From a bacterium (GTDB lineage: Bacteria > SAR324 > NAC60-12): 64,000 nt of DNA. Positions within the stretch are counted from its first letter, which is position 1; each line of letters starts with the position of its first letter. This document shows, piece after piece, positions 58,794-64,000 of this stretch. The DNA lies in contig CBDDTI010000745.1 of NCBI GenBank assembly GCA_965233585.1, positions 448,001-512,000 of the forward strand, read 5' to 3'. The translations under genes and the position numbers were made by a program. The notes under the pieces were generated by a model that was not told the DNA's origin, searched no databases, and was given only the letters and a program-made list of their open reading frames with translations.

Positions 58794-58822
58794 CAATGCC
58801 TATATTTTTAAGGAGACAAACA

Positions 58823-59503
58823 ATGACTGATGAAGAATTAAAAGAGCTGGTTGCTTCTAATGCAAAGGCAATCGCAGAGCTGACAAAGAAGCAAGAAGAA
58901 AATGCCAAACGACAAGAGGAAAACAGCAGGCAGTTGGAAGAACTGACAAAAAAGCAAGAAGAAAATGCCAAACAGCAAGCCGAAACCACTTTGCAACTTC
59001 AAGAACTCAGACCAGCAGTTGCCAGCATGATGCGGGGCATTCAGAAGATGGAAAACTTCATCAGCAATACTTCAGAGATTTTAGAAAATCGTCTGCGCCG
59101 TTCTGTGGAACAAGTTATAGAAAAAAATGGTTTCATTGAAATTGGTGGCATTCGCTACGACGAAGTGGAACAAAACCTCAAAGGGAAAGATAATGGCATC
59201 ACGGCTCAATATGACCTCGTACTGTTCAGTAAAACAAAGCATCTGCTTTTGATAGAAGTCAAACGTAAGCCTCATGTTAAGGATTTCCAACAAGTGTTTC
59301 GGCAGAAAGAGACCTTCCCTAAATTGTTTCCAAGTTATCAAGACTATACAATTCACTGTGGTTTAGCTGGAGAAATCTTTTATGAGGAACTCATCAGTGA
59401 GGCAGAAGAAGAAGGCATTTATCTTTTTCAAGAACAAGCGGGAGAATTACAGGTCATTACTTCTTCTTCGCTGCAGCTACAGCTGGAGGCAATAGAATCC
59501 TGA
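58823..59503 (+). CDS. Coiled-coil + PD-(D/E)XK nuclease-fold protein (DUF3782-like)
   Basis: RBS AAGGAG then ATG 58823 (MTDEELKELVAS...). Duplicated ELTKKQEENAK unit and QYDLV...LIEVK motif. Confidence 0.78.
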   Translation: MTDEELKELVASNAKAIAELTKKQEENAKRQEENSRQLEELTKKQEENAKQQAETTLQLQELRPAVASMMRGIQKMENFISNTSEILENRLRRSVEQVIEKNGFIEIGGIRYDEVEQNLKGKDNGITAQYDLVLFSKTKHLLLIEVKRKPHVKDFQQVFRQKETFPKLFPSYQDYTIHCGLAGEIFYEELISEAEEEGIYLFQEQAGELQVITSSSLQLQLEAIES

Positions 59504-59556
59504 AAATTCGTTTTCTGCTAGGGAGAGGTTTGCAAATGGTTCTCACCAAAACATGA

Positions 59557-59622
59557 ACTGAAGAGCTTGGTTCGTATCTTTTACAGACCAAAGCAGATGA
59601 AGTAGAGGTAATTTGTCCTTCT
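59557..59622 (+). pseudogene. Short C-terminal remnant of a DUF3782-like paralogue
   Basis: TEELGSYLLQTKADEVEVICPS aligns to AEEEGIYLFQEQAGELQVITSS. The DNA resembles 60793-60845. Confidence 0.6.
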
Positions 59623-59735
59623 CACAAAAGCACCTCCAAAGAACAACAACAGAGATATAGAACAAGTCTAAATGAGCAAGTAGAAGAAGTTTTTAATGAA
59701 TTTTTGGATCAACGAATTTCAAGGAAAAAAGAAAG

Positions 59736-60626
59736 ATGATGCGATTTTTAGACATGAAGACAGATTATGCCTTCAAGATGGTGTTTGGCAGTGAGCAGAA
59801 CAAAGACATTTTAATCAGCTTGCTCAATTCTATTGTTCACTTTGAAAATGACCACAAAATCAAAGACTTAACTTTGCAAGACCCCTACAATCTGCCTTTG
59901 TTAGAGGGCATGAAAAACTCCTTTGTAGATGTCAAAGCAAGGTTAGACAACGGCAAGTTAGTCATTATTGAGATGCAGGTGCTGAAACATGAAGGTTTTG
60001 AGCAACGAATCCTTTACAATGCCTGTAAGAATTATTCTGCACAACTCCAAGAAGGAGACCCCTACCAGCTCATCAATCCTGTCATTGCTTTGAACTTTGT
60101 CAATTTTGTCATGTTTGCAGAAAATGAGCAGCTGATTAATCACTTTCAGTTATTAGAAAAAACACTTTTCACCCGTTATTCTGGAGACATTGAACTGATT
60201 TTTGTAGAATTGCCAAAATTCCAGAAAAGATTAGAAGAGTTGCGAGAATTGAAAGAGCAATGGATTTATTTTGTCAAAAATGCAGAACTGCTGCATGACA
60301 TTCCAGAAAATCTTGATTCGCACATCCAAAAAGCATTGGTGCAAGTTAATACTGCTGCAATGACACCACAAGAATTGGAGAGAATCTATAAGCGGAGAGA
60401 ATTTTCTGTCGTCATCAACAGTGTTAAACATCAGAGCTTTCAAGAAGGCAGAGAGGAAGGGCTTGAGAAAGGCAGAGAAGAAGGTAGAGAAGAAGGGCTT
60501 GAGAAAGGCAGAGAAGAAGGTCTTGAGAAAGGAAAACTTGAGATTGCCCACAAAATGTTGGCATCTGGCACCGATTTAGAGACTGTTTGCCATTTGACAG
60601 GACTCACCAAACAACAACTTAAATAA
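59736..60626 (+). CDS. Rpn family recombination-promoting nuclease / PD-(D/E)XK putative transposase
   Basis: FLDMKTDYAFKMVFG, VDV, IIEMQ, FVELPKF, EGREEG repeats and C-terminal IAHKML...TGLT. Confidence 0.93.
   Translation: MMRFLDMKTDYAFKMVFGSEQNKDILISLLNSIVHFENDHKIKDLTLQDPYNLPLLEGMKNSFVDVKARLDNGKLVIIEMQVLKHEGFEQRILYNACKNYSAQLQEGDPYQLINPVIALNFVNFVMFAENEQLINHFQLLEKTLFTRYSGDIELIFVELPKFQKRLEELRELKEQWIYFVKNAELLHDIPENLDSHIQKALVQVNTAAMTPQELERIYKRREFSVVINSVKHQSFQEGREEGLEKGREEGREEGLEKGREEGLEKGKLEIAHKMLASGTDLETVCHLTGLTKQQLK
60442..60533 (+). repeat. 12-bp-unit coding tandem repeat (EGRE/EGLE/KGRE)
   Basis: GAAGGCAGAGAG/GAAGGGCTTGAG/AAAGGCAGAGAA reiterated about 7 times. Confidence 0.85.
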
Positions 60627-60666
60627 TAAACTCACTTATGAAGCGTCAGACAATGTAGTGCTGTAA

Positions 60667-60850
60667 CTGAACGATTTTGGACAACTGCTTAAAAAAAGAG
60701 AAAGTTTTGTCAAGATTTTCAAAGATTACGAAGGGTTTCAGGTTCATCTGGGATTAGCAGAAGAGACTCTTTGTGAGGAGCTTTTGACAAAAGCTGAAGA
60801 GCTTGTGTCTATCTTTTGCAGACTCAAGCAGATGAGATAGAAACGTCATT
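60667..60850 (+). pseudogene. C-terminal remnant of a DUF3782-like paralogue (frameshifted)
   Basis: LNDFGQLLKKRESFVKIFKDYEGFQVHLGLAEETLCEELLTKAEEL / VYLLQTQADEIE aligns to the C-terminal third of 58823..59503. Confidence 0.75.
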
Positions 60851-60909
60851 TTTCAACTCGTCTTTGACATCTGTGCCTCTTTTTTACGTTTTAACCTCAA
60901 ACTAAAAAT

Positions 60910-61112
60910 GTAGAGGTCAAAAAAATGACATTGACCGGATTTTAAAACAAAAGCAAACCTTCCCTGTTGTGTTTCCTCACTTCAAAAATTTTACCTTTCA
61001 TTCAGGATTAGCCAGTGAATCTTTTGACAAAGATTTGATGCAAGAAGCCAAAGCCAACCAGATTTACCTAATGCAAGAAAAAGCAGGAGTCATTCAAATC
61101 ATTGCTACTTAA
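60910..61112 (+). pseudogene. C-terminal remnant of a DUF3782-like paralogue
   Basis: VEVKK / NDIDRILKQKQTFPVVFPHFKNFTFHSGLASESFDKDLMQEAKANQIYLMQEKAGVIQIIAT-stop. Confidence 0.78.
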
Positions 61113-61150
61113 TAGTTTACTCTCATTCCTTCCCCCATTCACTACACATG

Positions 61151-62413
61151 CTACATACGAAAACTTTTGAGTGTTTTTGAATTGAATGACTCCTTGTCTT
61201 CGTATGCCTGATTGAGTCTGTCCATACAAGACCTAAAAACCTTACCGACAGCAGATGCGGGGTGGATTCTGTGGTCATGGTTAAAATTGACCAAAAACGT
61301 CATATATTCTCCAAATTTCTCTAGCTCTTGAAAATAGAGATGAATCAAAGCAACCAATAAAGTTGCTCGCATGTAGGAAGCAGGGTTGAGTTCAGGCAAA
61401 ATCTCTTTTAAAAGATTCAATGTTGTTCTGAGGTCTGCCTCTGCCTCTTTTTTAGAGCCTTGCTCCATGAACAATTCTGCACGAATGAGCAGTAAAAAAA
61501 TCAGCTTTCTTTTCTCTTTAATATTTTGTGAAAGTTCAAAACACAAAGTGTGAGCCTCTATTGCAAATTGATAGGCACAAACAGCACTCTGAAGGTCACG
61601 TTGGTCTGAAAATAAGTTTTCTTGTATCCCTTGAATTTGGGACTCTCTTTGAGAATACTGACCTGTCCACTTTTTTGTAAATGCTTGTAAATAAGATTCC
61701 CAACGGATTGAAGGAATATCTTGGTAATCTTTTTTAAATAAAAACCAAGAGTCTGTTGCAAACAAGCATTGAGGACACACCAAAACTCTCAAAAAATTAT
61801 AATTGCAAAAATCAAAATCTTTGATGGCTTTTAAGTAAACAGGAATCCCAAAAATATTTTGACCTGTCAGGATAGACTTCACCCGAAGTTTCCAATAAAC
61901 GACATTTTCAGATTGACAAAGAGGACAAACCACATATCTTGGTATCAAGGAAGATAAAGTACATGGTGGCTTTCTGATGGTTTTGGCAATAAAAAGCTCT
62001 GGGTTGAGAATGCGGGGGACGCCTTGTTCTGGGTGAACATATTGCCGAAAATGCAGTTCAATCAAGAATGTATGACCTTGATGGTTTTTAATGTTGGCTA
62101 CTCGTGTAGAAATGATTTCATACCATTCTTGTTCTAAATCTTCTGAATCAGGAGTTTTAGCAAGTCGGATTTGTACAACAGACTTGCGATTTAACACTTG
62201 TTTGCAAATCAAAACACACGCCTCCCTTGACAACTGAACGCAGATAGCTTTTGCCTTTATCGCATTGTAAAAAACTTGTGTTGGAATAGATTCTACATCT
62301 TGAAGGTTATCCCAAATTCTCTGTTGCTTGGCGTCCAATTCTGATTGATTAGAGCTTAAGCTCAGCTTGATAGAATCCTTTTTATTTTGTCCCATAAAAT
62401 ACTCTTTTTGCAA
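61151..62413 (-). CDS. DUF2225-like Zn-ribbon/TPR-like protein with N-terminal extension
   Basis: VCPLC...NYNFLRVLVCPQCLFA followed by helical repeats (RDLQSAVCAYQFAI). Confidence 0.7.
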   Translation of the reverse strand: MQKEYFMGQNKKDSIKLSLSSNQSELDAKQQRIWDNLQDVESIPTQVFYNAIKAKAICVQLSREACVLICKQVLNRKSVVQIRLAKTPDSEDLEQEWYEIISTRVANIKNHQGHTFLIELHFRQYVHPEQGVPRILNPELFIAKTIRKPPCTLSSLIPRYVVCPLCQSENVVYWKLRVKSILTGQNIFGIPVYLKAIKDFDFCNYNFLRVLVCPQCLFATDSWFLFKKDYQDIPSIRWESYLQAFTKKWTGQYSQRESQIQGIQENLFSDQRDLQSAVCAYQFAIEAHTLCFELSQNIKEKRKLIFLLLIRAELFMEQGSKKEAEADLRTTLNLLKEILPELNPASYMRATLLVALIHLYFQELEKFGEYMTFLVNFNHDHRIHPASAVGKVFRSCMDRLNQAYEDKESFNSKTLKSFRM

Positions 62414-62552
62414 AAAGGAATTATGGCATCAATGAGTGTTGAATCCAAGACTTTTTCATGTCTACTTTGATTTTTTGATTGAAAGATGCAAGAATGTCTG
62501 CCTCTTTTAGCTGATGTCTCATAGACTGATTTAATTTCTACTTTTTTGTACT

Positions 62553-63518
62553 TTGAAGATGATGAAACCACCCGTTGTCGTTTTTATGGGGACTCCAGAA
62601 ATGGCAGTTCCTGTTTTGGACAAGTTATACCATTTTGAAAGATTAGGCAAAATTGAATTGCGTGCTGTTTACACTCAAGCACCGAGTGGAAGAAGAGCAG
62701 ACCAGCTGACACCTGTTCATCAGTTTGCTCAATCTCACGGCACAAAAGTTTTTGTTCCAACCACTTTCAAAACACAGGAACAATACCAGCATTTTTTACA
62801 GCTTCAACCCGACCTGAACCTTGTTTGTGCTTACGGTCAAATTTTACCCCAAAAGATTCTTAACGTCCCTTCTGTTGGTAGCTTTAACCTGCATTACTCA
62901 CTACTTCCACGATGGAGGGGGGCAAGTCCTATTCAGTCTTCTATCTTGCATGGAGACTCAACAACAGGGGTCTCTTTACAAAAAATGGTCAAAGAATTAG
63001 ATGCGGGTGCTATCGTGGCTTCCTCTGGTCATCTTTCCATTCAGTCAGATGACACCTATTTAAGTTTATCTAGCAAATTAAGTGATGCAGCGGCTGACTT
63101 GCTGGAACAAACCCTTCCAAATCTTCTTTCTCAACAATTTACTCTCCAAGCACAAGATTCTTCCTTGGTGACACATTGTTCAAAAATCGTGAAACACGAT
63201 GGCTTGATTGATTGGCAGTCTGAAACTGCTGAGGTGATAGAACGGAAGGTTCGTGCCTTCTTGCCTTGGCCTTGTGCATTTACTTTTCTGGGGGGCAAAA
63301 GGATTCAGCTCATGCAGGTTTCCATTCTTAAAGAATCCATTGAGGCAGGTCGGATTGAAAAAAGAGGTCAGGATATGATTGTCGGCACTAAAACAAAGGC
63401 ATTGAGGTTGGAACGTTTGAAACCAGAAGGCAAATCAGAGATGCAGGGGTCGTCATTCCTTCGGGGATATTCTAGTGCGATTGGAGCTTCTTTTTTAGTA
63501 CCAAAAAATGAGATCTAA
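62553..63518 (+). CDS. fmt: Methionyl-tRNA formyltransferase
   Basis: VFMGTPE, AYGQIL, NLHYSLLPRWRGASPIQ, LDAG. Confidence 0.96.
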   Translation: MKMMKPPVVVFMGTPEMAVPVLDKLYHFERLGKIELRAVYTQAPSGRRADQLTPVHQFAQSHGTKVFVPTTFKTQEQYQHFLQLQPDLNLVCAYGQILPQKILNVPSVGSFNLHYSLLPRWRGASPIQSSILHGDSTTGVSLQKMVKELDAGAIVASSGHLSIQSDDTYLSLSSKLSDAAADLLEQTLPNLLSQQFTLQAQDSSLVTHCSKIVKHDGLIDWQSETAEVIERKVRAFLPWPCAFTFLGGKRIQLMQVSILKESIEAGRIEKRGQDMIVGTKTKALRLERLKPEGKSEMQGSSFLRGYSSAIGASFLVPKNEI

Positions 63519-64000
63519 TACTTGCAAATGTGTTCAAACAGATGTTGAAGTCTTTGTTTGGCATGGACTGCATGAAACTTTAGGGGAATGTCCATTTTGG
63601 CAAGTTGATTGATCGTAAAAAATAATTCTTTGTGAGAAAAAAGCCTTGCTTGTGCAATCATACGTTTCCCTAAAAAAGGGTGCAAGCCAAGCGATTTAAG
63701 GATGTCAGACTCGGCAGTGTGACACTGTAAAGCACAAGCAATCTGGGTTAATTTACGGAATTGCCTTGCTATCAAAGTAAAAAGCAACGCATGTTCGTTG
63801 GGTGATTGCCCAAGCACTTGGTCTAATGTTTCCAATGCAGGGGTCAGCTTTCTTTCAGACAAGGATTGAGTGATTCGGAAAATGGAAAATTCTGTGCCTC
63901 CACGAATGTTTTCTAATAAAGTGCCTTGCGTCACTGTGGCACCTTGGGGAAGCAATAAAGACAACTTTTCTAACTCTGAACCAAGCCTTGCCAGCTGATT
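63515..64000 (-). CDS. holA: DNA polymerase III delta subunit, C-terminal part (partial)
   Basis: Frame open to the window edge: LARLGSELEKL, FSIFRI, LIARQFRKL, LGLHPF. Confidence 0.8.
   Translation of the reverse strand, partial: NQLARLGSELEKLSLLLPQGATVTQGTLLENIRGGTEFSIFRITQSLSERKLTPALETLDQVLGQSPNEHALLFTLIARQFRKLTQIACALQCHTAESDILKSLGLHPFLGKRMIAQARLFSHKELFFTINQLAKMDIPLKFHAVHAKQRLQHLFEHICKY

Larger units (their letters stand above)
58041..58800 (+). mobile_element. IS1-family insertion sequence, copy 2 (760 bp)
   Basis: IRs GGTATTGTTAAACTATAAGTGATA / GGCATTGTTAAGTAATAAGTGATA (20/24 match). A8C frameshift site at 58431-58439. Confidence 0.93.

Noticed and set aside
503..58800. Composite transposon carrying the 57-kb interior
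   Set aside because: The interior is essential housekeeping DNA, and the outer flanks share no target duplication.
58780..58810. IS-derived hybrid promoter driving the DUF3782-like gene
   Set aside because: TTAACA and TATATT are only 5 bp apart, which is the wrong spacing.
58796..58822. ORF-track start of the DUF3782-like gene at 58796
   Set aside because: That ATG lies in the IS inverted repeat. An AAGGAG RBS supports ATG 58823.
58823..61112. Diversity-generating retroelement (template/variable repeats)
   Set aside because: There is no reverse transcriptase in the window, and the paralogous pieces differ at all base types rather than only at adenines.

Overview
This is AT-rich bacterial chromosomal DNA. 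The gene content (sigma54-type promoter before flgBC-fliE, long RpoD, GlnRS, mreBCD-mrdA) suggests a flagellated deltaproteobacterial/SAR324-like organism, but that is an inference only. The middle is mostly housekeeping: pyrD, argH, flgBC-fliE, maf-mrdA-mreDCB-ubiX, rpoD, an fdx/grxD-rhodanese/iscA cluster, prc, a Bacillus/Chlamydiae-type sdhCAB, coaE, glnS, queA, polyamine genes, dpp/liv transporters, fmt and holA. Two operons are interrupted by inserts. A very AT-rich UbiA/DprE1/DprE2/GT-C cassette (polyprenyl-phospho-arabinose type) sits between the two carboxy(nor)spermidine genes, and a liv operon sits between dppA and dppB. Both window ends are accessory zones. Each holds a near-identical 760-bp IS1-family element, in opposite orientations, without target duplications and abutting truncated genes. 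Each also holds members of a coiled-coil/PD-(D/E)XK (DUF3782-like) family: one intact gene plus four C-terminal pieces not in the ORF track, three clustered around an Rpn nuclease gene downstream of tRNA-Leu(TAG). Other observations are an unannotated 29-aa membrane ORF between sdhC and sdhA, a NadM-Nudix with a degenerate Nudix box coupled to an orphan adenine methyltransferase, and an exact 43-bp tandem duplication. No CRISPR array or rRNA was seen.
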